Shown: one piece after another, positions 1 through 12,873 of the stretch | Numbering within the stretch: the first letter of the stretch is position 1 | Layout: the number at the start of each line of letters is the position of its first letter | Assembly (NCBI GenBank): GCA_026770705.1 | Contig: JANJGN010000121.1 | Location: 1,426,001 to 1,490,000, forward strand | Direction of reading: 5' to 3' | Length of the DNA: 64,000 nt | Origin: Isurus oxyrinchus | Lineage: Eukaryota | Notes under the pieces: generated by a model | The model's input: only the letters and a program-made list of their open reading frames with translations | What the model was told of the DNA's origin: nothing | The model's database searches: none | Made by a program: the position numbers and the translations under genes

Positions 1-29
1 AGATTTTGAATCTCATGCGCTTGCTCATA

Positions 30-532
30 TTTAATTCATTCACAGGATGCAGGCGTTGCTGATCTCGGCAACATTTAGTGCCCGTCCCTAATTACCCATT
101 GAGCCGTTGTCTTGAACGGCTGCAGACCATGTGCTGTAGGTACACAGACACTGCTTTTAGGGAGGGAGTTCCAGGATTTTGACACAGCAACAGTGAAGGA
201 ATGGCAATAGATTTCCAAGTCAGGATGGTGAGTGACTTGGAGTGGATCTTGCAGGTGGCGTTGCTCCCTTCTTATTGCTGTCCTTGTCCTTCTAGATGTT
301 AGGGTTTAGAAGGTGCTGTTCAAGGAGCCTTGGTGAGCTGTTGCAGTGCATCTTGTAGATGGTACACACTGCTGCCACTGTGCACTCACAGTGGAGGGAG
401 TGAATGTTGAAGATGATGGGTGGGATGCCGCTCAAGTGGGCTGCTTTGTCCTGGATGGTGTTGAGCTTCTTGAGTGTTGTTGGAGCTGCACTCATCCAGG
501 CAAATGAAGAGTATTCCATCACACTCCTGACG
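30..532 (-). mobile_element. L2/CR1-clade LINE 3' fragment (repeated upstream of every array exon)
   Basis: Minus-strand ORF MMEYS..AWMSAAPTTLKKL.TIQDKAA matches the C-terminal part of the RT-bearing LINE fragment at 56440-57470 and shares its 3' tail. Confidence 0.8.
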
Positions 533-572
533 AGCTCAGTGATTAATGTGTTGATAATTTTGTATTTGAAAG

Positions 573-830
573 ATTCTCCTCACAACACGTCTGTCAGGAT
601 GACACTGGAAAAAGGAAAGGTGATATCTCTAAGTTGTTCCAGTGACGGGAATCCTGCAGTCCACAATTTCACCTGGTTTAAAATCTCCCAAGGAAAGGTG
701 ATGAATCTGGCGCTCGCTGGTCAAACTATTACAGTTCCTTATGGATTCGAAGAGGAAATCTCCTACTACTGTGAAGCAACAAGTATCCTTGGCAGTTCCC
801 AATCTCTGCCCATTAGAATTCCCACAGGAT
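573..830 (+). CDS. Siglec-like gene 1, C2-set Ig exon, repeat unit 1
   Basis: Acceptor ttgaaag at 571-572 and donor GTGAGT at 831; 258 bp, phase 1-1. Encodes (Y)SPHNTSVRMTLEKGKVISLSCSSDGNPAVHNFTWFK...SYYCEATSILGSSQS...PTG, with the C..W..YxC Ig signature and a CD22-like C-x-S-x-x-N-P motif. Confidence 0.9.
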
Positions 831-844
831 GTGAGTATATTTTT

Positions 845-1115
845 TATTCTTCATGGGATGGAGATGACACTGGCTAGACCAACATTTATTGACCATTCCA
901 AATTACCCTTGAACTGAATGGCTTACTGGCCATTTCAGAGGGTATTCATGAGTCAACCACGTTGCTGTGAGTCTGGAGTCACATGTAGGCCAGACCAGGT
1001 AAGAACGGCAGATTTCCCTCCCTAAAGGACATTAGTGACCCAGACGGGGTTTTAATGACAATCGGTAATGTTTTCATGGTCTTCGTTAGACTTTCAATTC
1101 CAGATTCTCATTGAA
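845..1115 (-). mobile_element. SINE fragment sharing the LINE 3' tail (repeated after array exons 1-8)
   Basis: Reverse complement of the SINE seen on + at about 14820-15090, 32900-33180 and 49400-49860 (ggaaatctgccgtccttacc...gtgactccagacccacagc). Confidence 0.75.
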
Positions 1116-2270
1116 TTGGTTGGCAAGTGGACATTTGACACTTGGGCCACAATTTGTCCACAATTATCTGCTTGCCAGCCAATCAGCACACTCTTCTCAT
1201 GCAGTATAAATTGTTGTTCCTTTTGAGATTTGGTATTCTTGCAATTCTGTCCTGATGAGTGAAAGATGAAAACCTTTTACAGAATGTATCCTTTCTCACC
1301 AACTTTCAAGTTTAGTACTGCCAAGTGACTATAAATATATTCTTCTGTAAATCAGAATCTTGAATGCTCTCCCAATTGACCAACAATCATTCCTGGTACA
1401 TGAATCATAGAAAGTTAGTATGCAGGTGCAGCAAGGTGTTAGGAAGGCAAATGGAACGTTGGTGTTTATTGCAAGGGACCTCGAGTGTAAAAATAGGGAC
1501 ACATGTTACAACTGTACAGACTCTTGGTGAGACTGCATCAGCAGTACTGTGTGCAGTCTTGGCTTCTGACATAGAAAAGATGGGCCGAATGCGCAGTTGT
1601 AGATTAGCTGTAATTCTGTGTAACATTATCTGCAGGTGAGGAATACAGTGCAGTTTGTATGTGTGCTAGTGTTGGAGCTGTATCCAGTCCAGATTATATA
1701 AAAAAAACAATCAAATTTAGATTTTAAACCTCATAAGTTTCCCCAAATTTAATTCATTTGATGATATGGGCAACATTTATTGCCCCTCCCTAATTACCCC
1801 TTGAGCCGTTGTCTTCAACTGCAGCAGTCCGTGTGCTGTAGGTAAACCCACAGCACGGTTAGGCAGGGAGTCCAGGATTTTGTCCCAGCGACAGTGTAGG
1901 AATGGCAATAGATTTCCAAGTCAGGATGGTGAGTAATTTGGAGGGGAACTAGCAGGTGGTGGTGTTCCCATGAGTCTTCTGTCCTTGTCCTTCTAGATGT
2001 TAGAGGTCACAGGCTTGGAAGGTTCTATTAAAGGAGCCTTGGTGAACAAGTGCATCTTGTGGAGGGTGATGCCACTGAGTGTCAGCGCTGGAGGGAGTGA
2101 ATGTTGAAGATGGTGGGTGGATGCTGTTCAAGTGGGCTGCTTTGCCCTGGTTGGTGTTGAGCCTCTTGAGTGTTGTTGGAGCTGCACTCTTCCAGGCAAG
2201 TGGAGAGTGTTCCATCACACTCCTGACTTCAGCTCAGTGTTTAATGTGTTGATAATTTTGTATTTCAAAG

Positions 2271-2528
2271 ATTCTCCTCGCAATACATCTATCAGGATGA
2301 CACTGGAAAAAGGAAAGATGATTTCTCTAAGTTGTTCCAGTGATGGCAATCCAGCAGTCCACAATTTCACCTGGTTTAAGATCTCCCAAGGCAAGGTGAC
2401 GAATCTGGCACTCACTGGTCAAACTATTACAGTTCCTTATGGATTTGATGAAGAAATCTCCTACTACTGTGAAGCAACAAGTATCCTGGGCAGTTCCCAA
2501 TCTCTGCCCATTAGAATTCACACTGAAT
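2271..2528 (+). CDS. Siglec-like gene 1, C2-set Ig exon, repeat unit 2
   Basis: tttcaaag acceptor, GTGAGT donor, 258 bp, open frame, both Cys and the Trp retained. Confidence 0.9.
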
Positions 2529-3969
2529 GTGAGTAATTTTTTTATTCGTTCATGGGATGAAGGTCTCACTGGCTGGACCAACATTTATTGCTCATCCCAA
2601 ATTACCCTGGCACACAGTGGTTTGCTGGGCCATTTCAGAGGGTATTGAAGAGTCAACCACTTTGCTGTGGGTCTGGAGTCACATGTAGGCTAGACCAGGG
2701 AAGGACAGCAGATTTCCCTCCCTAAAGGACATTAGTGACCCAGACGGGGTTTTAATGACAATCGGCAATGTTTTCATGGTCATCGTTAGACTTTCAATTC
2801 CAGATTCTAATTGTTTGGCAAGTCGACATTTGACATTAGGGCTACAATTTTCCACAATTATCTGTTGCCAGCTAATCAGCACCCTCTTCTCATGCAGTAT
2901 AAATTGTTGTTCTTTTTGAGATTTGGCATTCTTGCAATTCTGTCCTGAGGAGTGAAAGATGAAAAGCTTTGACAGATTGTCTCCTTTCTCACCAACGCTC
3001 AAGCTTTGTGGTGTCAAGCAGCTGTAAATATCATCTTCTGTAAATCAGAGTCCTGAATACCTTCTGAAATGACTAACACGTCAATCCTGGTACATGAATA
3101 ATAGAAAGTTAGTATGCAGGTGCAGCAAGTGATTAGGAAGACAAGTGGAATGTTGGTGTTTATTGCAATGGAGCTTCAGTGTAAAAGCTGGGACACATGT
3201 AACAACTGTACAGGCTGTTGGTGAGACTGCATCAGGAGTACTGTGTACAGTCTTGCCTTCTGACATAGAAAAGATCGGCGAATGCGCAGCTGTAGACTAC
3301 CTGTAATTCTATGTAACATTATCTGCAAGTGAGGAATACAGTGCAGTTTGTATGTGTGCTAGTGTTGGAGCTGCATCCAGTCCATGATTATATAAAGAGA
3401 CTATTCAAATCTAGATCTTAAACCTCGTGAGTTTGCCCACATTTAATTCATTTTCTGATATTGGCAACATTTAGTGCCCATCCCTAATTACCCCTTGAGC
3501 CTGAACTGTTGCAGCTCATGTGCTGTAGGTATACCCACAATGCTGTTAGGGAGGGATTTCCAGGATTTTGACTCACAACACTGAAGGAATGGTGATAGAT
3601 TTTCAAATCAGGATGGTAACTGGCTTGGAGGGTAACTTGCAGGTGGAGGTGTTCCATTTATCTGCTGCCCTTGTCCTTCTAGATGTTAGAGGTCATGGGT
3701 TTGGAAGGTGCTGTCTTAGGAGCCTTGGTGAGTTGTTGCAGTGCATCTTGTAGACGGTACACACTGCTGCCAATGTGCATTCATGGTGGAGGGAGTGAAT
3801 GTTGAAGATGGTGGGTGGGATGCCGATCAATCCGGCTGCTTTGTCCTGGATGGTGTCGAGCTTCCTGAGTGTTGTTGGAGCTGCACTCATCTCAGCAACT
3901 AGTGAGAATTCCATCACACTCCTGACTTTAGCTCAGTGGTTAATGTGTTGATAATTTTGGATTTGAAAG

Positions 3970-4227
3970 ATTATCCTCACAACATGTCTGTCAGGATGAC
4001 ACTGGAAAAAGGAAAGATGATTTCTCTAAGTTGTTCCAGTGACGGGAATCCAGCAGTCCACAATTTCACCTGGTTTAAGATCTCCCAAGGCAAGGTGACG
4101 AATCTGGCACTCGCTGGTCAAACTATTATGGTTCCTTATGGATTTGAAGAGGAAATCTCCTACTACTGTGAAGCAACAAGTATCATGGGCAGTTCCCAGT
4201 CTCTGCCCATTAGAATTCCCACAGAAT
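3970..4227 (+). CDS. Siglec-like gene 1, C2-set Ig exon, repeat unit 3
   Basis: ttgaaag acceptor, GTGAGC donor, 258 bp open frame (YPHNMSV...). Confidence 0.9.
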
Positions 4228-5671
4228 GTGAGCAATTTTTTTTATTTGTTGATGGGATGGTGGTCTCACTGGCTAGACCAACATTTATTGCCCATCCCAA
4301 ATTACCCTTGAACTGAGTGGCTAACTGGGCCAATTCGGAGGGAATTGAAGTGTCAGCCACATCACTCTGGGTCTGGAGTCACATGTTGGCTAGACCCGGT
4401 AAGGACGGCAGATTTCCCTCCCTGAAGGACATTAGTGAACCAAATGGGTTTTTAACGACAATTGGCAATGTTTTCATGGTCATTGTTTGAAGTTTAATTC
4501 AAGATTCTAACTGAATTGTTTGACAAGTGGACATTTGACAATTTGGCCACAATTTGTCCACAATTATCTGCTTAACAGCCAATCAGCAAACTCTTCTCAT
4601 GCATATAAATTGTTGTTCCTTTTGAGATTTGGTATTCTTGCTTTTCTGTCCTGATGAGTGAAAGATGAAAAGCTTTGACAGAATGTCTCCTGTCTCACCA
4701 ATGCTTAAGTTTAGTACTGCCAAGTGACTATAAATATCTTCTTCTGTAAACCGGAATCCTGAGTGCTTTCCCAATTGACTAACACATCATTCCTGGTACA
4801 TGAATCATAGGAAGTTAGTATGCAGGTGCAGCAAGTGGTTAGGAAGGCAAATGGGACATAGGTGTTTATTGCAAGGGAGCTCGAGTGTAAAAGTAGGGAC
4901 ACATGTAACAACTGTACAGGCTCTTGGCGAGACTGCAGCAGGAGTACTGTGTGCAGTCTTGGCTTACGACATAGAAAAGATGGGTCGAATGTGCAGTTGT
5001 AGATTACCTGTAATTCTGTGTAACATTATCTGCAGGTGAGGAATACAGTGCAGTTTCTACGTGTGCTAGTGTTGGAGCTGTATCCAGTCCACGATTATAT
5101 GAAGAAATCTAGATTTTAAACCTCATGAGTTTCCCCATATTTAAAACATTTGATGATATGGGCAACATTTATGGCCCATCCCTAATTACCGCTTGAGCCG
5201 TTGTCTTCAACTGCTGCAGTCCATGTGCAGTAGGTACACCCACTATTAGAGTGTGAGGTCCAAGATTTTGACCCAGTGATAGTGTAGGAATGGCAATAGA
5301 TTTCCAAGTCGGGATAATGAATGACTTGGAGAGGAACTTACAGTTGGTGGTGTTCCCATGAGTATTCTTTCCTTGTCCTTCTAGATGTTAGAGGTCACAA
5401 GCTTGGAAGGTGCTGTTAAAGGAGCCTTGGTGAGCAGTTGCAGTGCATCTTGTAGAGGGTACACACTGATGCCACTGTGCGTTCATGGTGGAGGGAGTGA
5501 ATGATGAAGTTGATGGGTGGGATGCCAGTCAAGTGGGCTGCTTTGTCCTGGATGGTGTCGAGCTTCCTGAGTGTTGTTGGAGCTGCACTTTTCCAGGCAA
5601 GTGGAGAGTATTCCATCACAATCCTGACTTTAGCTCAGTGAATAATTTGTTGTTAATTTTGTATTTGAAAG

Positions 5672-5929
5672 ATTCTCCTCACAATACGTCTGTCAGGATG
5701 ACACTGGAAAAAGGAAAGATGATTTCTCTAAGTTGTTTCAGTGACGGGGATCCAGCAGTCCACAATTTCACCTGGTTTAAGATCTCCCAAGGAAAGATGA
5801 TGAATTTGGCACTCGCTGGTCAAACTATTACAGTTCCTTATGGATTCGATGAGGAAATCTCCTACTACTGTGAAGCAACAAGTATTCTGGGCAGTTCCCA
5901 GTCTCTGCCCATTAGAATTCCCACTGAAT
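5672..5929 (+). CDS. Siglec-like gene 1, C2-set Ig exon, repeat unit 4
   Basis: AG acceptor and GTGAGT donor, 258 bp open frame (SCFSDGDP variant). Confidence 0.9.
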
Positions 5930-7373
5930 GTGAGTAATTTTTTTATTCATTCATGGGATGGAGGTGCCACTGGCTAGACCAACATTTATAGCCCATCCCA
6001 AATTACCCTGGAACAGAATGGCTTGCTGGCCATTTCAGAGGGTATTGATAAGTTAACCACATAGCTGTGGGTCTGGAGTCATATGTAGGCCAGACCAGGT
6101 AAGGACAGCAGATTTCCCTCCCTAAAGGACATTAGTGACCCAGATGGGGTTTTAACGACAATCGGCAATGTTTCCATGGTCATCGTTAGACTTTCAATTC
6201 CAGATTCTCATTGAATTGGTTGGCAAGTGGACATTTGACCACTTTGGCCACAATTTGTCCACAATTATCTGCTTGCCAGCTAATCAGCACATTCTCCTCA
6301 TGCAGTATAAATTGTTGTTCCCTTTGAGATTTGGTATTCTTGCAATTCTGTCCTGATGAGTGAAAGATGAAAAGCTTTGATAGAATGTCTCCTTTCTCAC
6401 CAATGCTAAGGTTCTGTGCTGCCAAGTGACTGTAAACATCGTCTTCTGTAAATCAGAATGCTGAATACTCTCTCAAATGACTAACAAATTATTCCTGGTA
6501 CATGAATCATACAAAGTTAGTATGCGGTTTGGAAAGCAAATGGAACGTTGGTGTTATGGCAAACAAACTTGAGTGTAAAAGTAGAGACATATACTATACT
6601 ACAACTGTACAGGGTCTTGGTGAGACTGCATCAGGAATACTGTGTACAGTCTTGTCTTCTGACATAGAAAAGATGGGCCAAAAGTGCAGCTGAAGGCTAG
6701 CTGTAATTCTGTATAACATTATCTGCAGGTGAGGAATACAGTGCAGTTTGTATGTGTGCTAGTGTTGGAGCTGTATCCAGTCCATGATTACATAAAGAGA
6801 CTATTCAAATCTAGAGTTTAAACCTCATGAGTTTGCTCATTTTTGATTCATTCACAGGATGTGAGACCTGCTGATATGGGTAATATTTATTGCCCATCCC
6901 TAATTACCCCTTGTCCTGAACTGCTGCAGTCCATGTGCTGTACGTATACCCACAGTGCTGTTAGGGAGGGAGTTCCAGGATTTTGACCCAGCGATAGTGA
7001 AGGAAAGGCCGATACCTTTCCAATTCAGGATGGTGAGAGGCTTGGTGGGCAACTTGCAGGTGGTGTTGTTCCCATTTTTCTGCTGCCCTTGTTCTTCTTA
7101 GGGTTTGGAAGGTGCTGTTCAAGGAGCCTTGGTGAGCTTTTGTAGTGCATCTTGTAGATGGTACACAATGCTGCCCATGTGCGATCATGGTGGAGGGAGT
7201 GAATGTTGAAGATGGTGGGTGGGATGCCATTCAAGTGGGCTGATTTGCCCTGGATTGTGTTGAGCTTCTTGAGTGTTGTTGGAGCTGCACTTTTCCAGGC
7301 AAATGGAAAGTATTCCATCACACTCCTGACTTTAGCTCAGTGGTTAAAGTGTTGATAATTTTGTATTTGAAAG

Positions 7374-7631
7374 ATTCTCCTCACAACACGTCTGTCAGGA
7401 TGACACTGGAAAAAGGAAAGATGATTTCTCTAAGTTGTTTCAGTGATGGGAATCCAGAAGTCCACAATTTCACCTGGTTTAAGATCTCCCAAGGCAAGGT
7501 GACGAATCTAGCGCTCGCTGGTCAAACTATTACGGTTCCTTATGGATTTGAAGAGGAAATCTCCTACTACTGTGAAGCAACAAGTATCCTGGGCAGTTCC
7601 CAGTCTCTGCCCATTAGAATTCCCACAGGAT
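7374..7631 (+). CDS. Siglec-like gene 1, C2-set Ig exon, repeat unit 5
   Basis: AG acceptor and GTAAGT donor, 258 bp open frame (SCFSDGNPEV...PTG). Confidence 0.9.
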
Positions 7632-8040
7632 GTAAGTAATTTTTTTATTCTTCAGGGGATGGAGATGTCACTGGCTAGACCAACATTTATTGCCCATCCC
7701 AAATTACACTTGAACTGAATGGCTTGCTGGGCACTTCAGAGGGTATTCATGAGTGAACCTCATTGCTGTGGGTCTGGAGTCACATGTAGGCCAGACCAGG
7801 TAAGGACGGCAGATTTCCCTCCCTAAAGGACATTAGTGACCCAGATGGGGTTTTAACGACAATCGGCAATGTTTTCATGGTCTTCGTTAGACTTTCAATT
7901 CCAGATTCTCATTGAATTGGTTGGCAAGTCGACATTTGACATTTTATCCACAATTGGTCCACAATTATCTGTTGCCAGCTAATCAGCACCCTCTCCTCAT
8001 GCAGTATAAATTGTTCCCTTTGAGATTTGGTATTCTTGTA

Positions 8041-8082
8041 ATTCTGTCCTGATGAGTGAAAGATGAAAAGCTTTGACAGAAT
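8041..8082 (+). ncRNA. Minimal type I hammerhead-ribozyme-like motif (best-preserved array copy)
   Basis: ATTCTGTC-CTGATGA-GTGAAAGAT-GAAA-AGCTT-T-GACAGAAT: an 8-bp stem I, the CUGAUGA and GAAA core, and a palindromic AAGCUU stem III. Homologous cores start at 1252, 2945, 4651, 6353, 9864, 11579 and 13295. Confidence 0.65.
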
Positions 8083-9187
8083 GTCTCCTTTCTCATCAAT
8101 AGCTCAGGTTCTGCGCTGCCAAGTGACTGTAAACATCGTCTTCTGTAAATCAGAGTCCTGAATACTCTCTCAAATGACTAACACATCATTCCTGGTACAT
8201 GAATCGTAGAAAGTTAGTATGCAGGTGCAGCAAGGTGTTAGGAAGGCAAACCTGGAATGTTGGTGTTTATTGCAGAGCTTGAGTGTAAAAGTAGGGACGT
8301 ATCATATTCTACAACCGTACAGGCTCTTGGTGAGATTGCATCAAAAATACTGTGTTAGGAAGGCAAATGGAACGTTGGTGTTTATTGTAAGCAAGCTTGA
8401 GTGTAAAAGTAGGGACGCATGTTACAACTCTATAGGCTCTTGGTGAGACTGCATCAGGAGTACTGTGTACAGTCTTGTTTTCTGACATAGAAAAGATGGG
8501 GCTGAATATGCAGCTGTATACTACCTGTAATTCTGTGTAACATTATCTGCAAGTGAGGAATACAGTGCAGTCTGTACATGTGCTAGTGTTGGAGCTGCAT
8601 CCAGTCCATGATTATATAAAGAGAGTATTCAAATCTAGATCTTAAACCTCATGAGTTTGCCCACATTTAATTCATTTTCTGATATTGGCAACATTTAGTG
8701 CCCATCCCTAATTACCCCTTGAGCCTGAACTGTTTCAGCTCATGTGTTGTAGGTGTACCCACAATGCTGTTAGGGAGGGATTTCCAGGATTCTGACTCAG
8801 CGACGCTGAAGGACTGGTTTTAGATTTCCAAATCAGAATGGTGACTGGCTTGGAGGGTAACTTGCAAGTGGAGGTGTTCCCATTTATCTGCTGCCCTTGT
8901 CCTTCTAGATGTTAGAGGTCAAGGGTTTAGAAGGTGCTGTTCAAGGTGCCTTGGTGAGTTGTTGCAGTGCATCTTGTACATGGTACACAGTGCTGCCACT
9001 GTGCATTCATGGTGGAGGGAGTGAATGTTGAAGATGGGATGCCACTCAAGTCAGCTGCTCAGCCTGGATGGTGTTGAACTTCCTGAGTGTTATTGGAGCT
9101 GTACTCATCCAGGCAACTGGAGAGAATTCCATCACACTCCTGACTTTAGCTCAGTGGTTAATGTGTTGATAATTTTGGATTTGAAAG

Positions 9188-9445
9188 ATTCTCCTCACAA
9201 CACGTCTGTCAGGCTGACACGGGAAAAAGGAAAGGTGATTTCTCTAAGTTGTTCCAGTGACGGCAATCCAGCAGTCCACAATTTCACCTGGTTTAAGATC
9301 TCCCAAGGCAAGGTGACGAATCTGGCACTCGCTGTTCAAAATATTACAGTTCCTTATGGATTTGAAGAGGAAATCTCCTACTACTGTGAAGCAACAAGTA
9401 TCCTGGGCAGTTCCCAGTCTCTGCCCATTAGAATTCCCACTGAAT
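9188..9445 (+). CDS. Siglec-like gene 1, C2-set Ig exon, repeat unit 6
   Basis: AG acceptor and GTGAGT donor, 258 bp open frame with an extra NIT sequon. Confidence 0.9.
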
Positions 9446-10897
9446 GTGAGTACTTTTTTTTATTTGTTGATGGGATGGAGGTCTCACTGGCTAGACCAAC
9501 ATTTATTGCCCATCCCAAATTACCCTTTAACTGAGTGGCTTGCTGTGCAATTTCGGAGGGTATTGAAGTGTCAACCACATCACTCTGGGTCTGGAGTCAC
9601 ATGTTGGCTAGACCCGGTAAGGACGGCAGATTTCCCTCCCTGAAGGACATTAGTGGACCAAATGTATTTTAACAACAATCGGCAATGTTTTCGTGGTCAG
9701 TTAGTATTTTAATTGCAGATTCTAATTGAATTATTTGACAAGTGGACACTTGACACTTTGGCCACCATTTGTCCACAATTATCTGCTTGCCAGCCAATTA
9801 GCACACACTATTCATGCAGTATCAATTGTTCCTTTTGAGATTTGGTATTCTTGCAATTCTGTTCTGATGAGTGAAAGATGAAAAGCTTTTACAGAACATC
9901 TCCTTTTACACCAATGCTCAAGTTCAGTACTGCCAAGTGACTATAAATATCTTCTTCTGTAAATCAGAATCCTGAATACTCTCTCAAATGACCAACACAT
10001 CATTCCTGGTACATGAATCATAGAAAGTTAGTATGCAGGTGCAGCAAGTGGTTAGGAAGGCAAATGGAACGCTGGTGTTTATTGCAAGGGAGCTTGAATG
10101 TAAAAGTAGGGACGTATGTAACAACTGTACAGGCTCTTGGTGAGACTGCATCAGGTGTACTGTGTACAGTCTTGGCTTCTGACATAGAAAAGATGGGTCT
10201 GAATGTGCAGCTGTAGACTACCTGTAATTCTGTGTAACATTATCTGCAGGTGAGGAATACAGTGCAGTTTGTACATGTTATATTGTTGGAGCTGTATCCA
10301 GTCCATGATTATATAAAGAGACTATTCAAATCTAGATTTTAAACCTTATGAGTTTCCCCATATTTAAAACATTTGATGATATGGGCAACATTTATGGCCC
10401 ATCTCTAATTACCCCTTGAGCCGTTGTCTTCAACTGCTGCAGTCTATGTGCAGTAGGTACACCCACAGTGCAGTTAGGCAGTGAAATCCAGGATTTTGGC
10501 CCAGTGACAGTGTAGGAATGGCAATAGATTTCCAAGTCAGGATGGTGATGATTTGGAGGGGAACTTGCAGGTGGTGGTGTTCCCATGAGTCTTCTGTCCT
10601 TGTCCTTCTAGATGTTAGAGGTCACAGATTTGGAAAGTGCTGTTAAAGGAGCCTTGGTGAGCAGTTGCAGTGCATCTTGTAGATGGTACACACTGCTGCC
10701 ACTGTGCATCGGCGGTGGAGAGAGTGAATGTTGAAGATGGTGGGTGGATGCCGTTCACGTGGGATGCTTTGTCCTGGATGGTGTCGAGCCTCTTGAGTTT
10801 TGTTGGAGTTGCACTCATCCAGGCAAGTGGAGAGTGTTCCATCACACTCCTGACTTTAGCTCAGTGTTTAATGTGTTGATAATTTTGTATTTCAAAG

Positions 10898-11155
10898 ATT
10901 CTCCTCGCAATACATCTATCAAGATGACACTGGAAAAAGGAAAGATGATTTCTCTAAGTTGTTCCAGTGACGGGAATCCAGCAGTCCACAATTTCACCTG
11001 GTTTAAGATCTTCCAAGGCAAGGTGACGACTCTGGTGCTCACTGGTCAAACTATTACAGTTCCTTATGGATTTGATGAGGAAATCTCCTACTACTGTGAA
11101 GCAACAAGTATCCTGGGCAGTTCCCAGTCTCTGCCCATTAGAATTCCCACTGAAT
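10898..11155 (+). CDS. Siglec-like gene 1, C2-set Ig exon, repeat unit 7
   Basis: tttcaaag acceptor, GTGAGT donor, 258 bp open frame. Confidence 0.9.
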
Positions 11156-12615
11156 GTGAGTAATATTTTTATTCGTTCATGGGATGGAGGTGTCACTGAC
11201 TAGACCAACATTTATTGCCCATCCCAAATTACCCTGGAACAGAATGGCTTGCTGGGCCATTTCAGAGGGTATTGAAGAGACAACCACATTGCTGTGAGTC
11301 TGGAGCCACATGTAGGCCAGACCAGGTAAGGACAGCAGATTTCCCTCCCTAAAGGACATTAGTGACCCAGATGGGGTTTTAACAACAATCGGCAATGTTT
11401 TCATGGTCATCGTTAGACTTTCAATTCCAGATTCTAATTGAATTGGTTTGCAAGTGGACATGTGACACTTTGGCAAAAATTTGTCCACAATTATCTGCTT
11501 CCAAGGCAATCAGCACACTCTACTCATGCAGTATCAATTGTTATTCCTTTTGAGATTTGGTATTCTTGCAATTCTGTTCTGATGAGTGAAAGATGAAAAG
11601 CTTTTAGAGAATGTCTCCTTTTACACCAATGCTTAAGTTTAGCACTGCCAAGTGACTATAAATATCTTCTTCTGTAAATCAGAATCTTGAATACTCTCTC
11701 AAATGACTAACACATCATTCCTGGTACATGAATCAGAGAAAGTTAGTATGCAGCTGCAGCAAGTGGTTAGGAAGGCAAATGGAACGTTGGTGTTTATTGC
11801 AAGCAAGCTTGAGTGTAAAAGTAGGGACACATGTAACAACTGTACAGGCTCTTGGTGAGACTGCATCAGGAGTACTGTGTACAGTCTTGGCTTCTGACAT
11901 AGAAAAGATGGGGCTGAATATGCAGCTGTAGACTACCTGTAATTCTGTGTAACATTATCTGCAGGTGATGAATACAGTGCAGTTTGTACTTGTTCTAGTG
12001 TTGGAGCTGTATCCAGTCCATGATTATATAAAGAGACTATTCAAATCTAGATTTTAAACCTCATGGGTTTGCCCATATTTAACTCATTTGCTGATATGGG
12101 CAACATTTATTGCCCATCCCTAATTTCCCCTTGAGCCATTGTCTTGAACTGCTGCAGTTCATGTGCAGTAGATACAACCACAGTGCAGTTAGGCAGTGAG
12201 TTCCAGGATTTTGGCCCAGTGACAGTGTAAGAATGGCAATAGATTTCCAAGTCAGGACGGTGAATGACTTGGAGGGGAACTTGCAGGTGGTGGTGTTTCC
12301 ATGAGTCTTCTGTCCTTGTCCTTCTAGATGTTAGAGGTCACAGGCTTGGAAGCTGCTGTTAAAGGAGCCTTGGTGAGCAGTTGCAATGCATCTTGTAGAT
12401 GGTACACACACTGCTGCCACTGTGCATCGGCGGTGGAGAGAGTGAATGATGAAGATGGTGGGTGGATGCTGTTCAAGTGGGCTGCTTTGTCCTGGATGGT
12501 ATCGAGCCTCTTGATTTTTGTTGGAGCCGCACTCATCCAGGCAAGTGGAGAGTGTTCCATCACACTCCTGACTTTAGCTCAGTGGTTAATGTGTTGATAA
12601 TTTTGTATTTGAAAG

Positions 12616-12873
12616 ATTCTCCTCGCAATACATCTGTCAGGATGACACTAGGAAAAGGAAAGATGATTTCTCTAAGTTGTTCCAGTGACGGCAATCCAGC
12701 AGTCCACAATTTCACCTGGTTTAAGATCTCCCAAGGCAAGGTGACGAATCTGGCACTCGCTGGTCAAACTATTACAGTGCCTTATGGATTTGATGAGGAA
12801 ATCTCCTACTTCTGTGAAGCAACAAGTATCCTGGGCAGTTCCCAATCTCTGCCCATTAGAATTCACACTGAAT
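12616..12873 (+). CDS. Siglec-like gene 1, C2-set Ig exon, repeat unit 8
   Basis: AG acceptor and GTGAGT donor, 258 bp open frame (SYFC variant). Confidence 0.9.

Noticed and set aside
404-572. Hydrophobic N-terminal extensions of the array ORFs that look like signal peptides (MLKMMGGMPLKWAALSWMVLSFLSVVGAAL...)
   Set aside because: They are antisense LINE sequence upstream of the splice acceptor and change frame between units, so the units are exons rather than standalone single-Ig genes.
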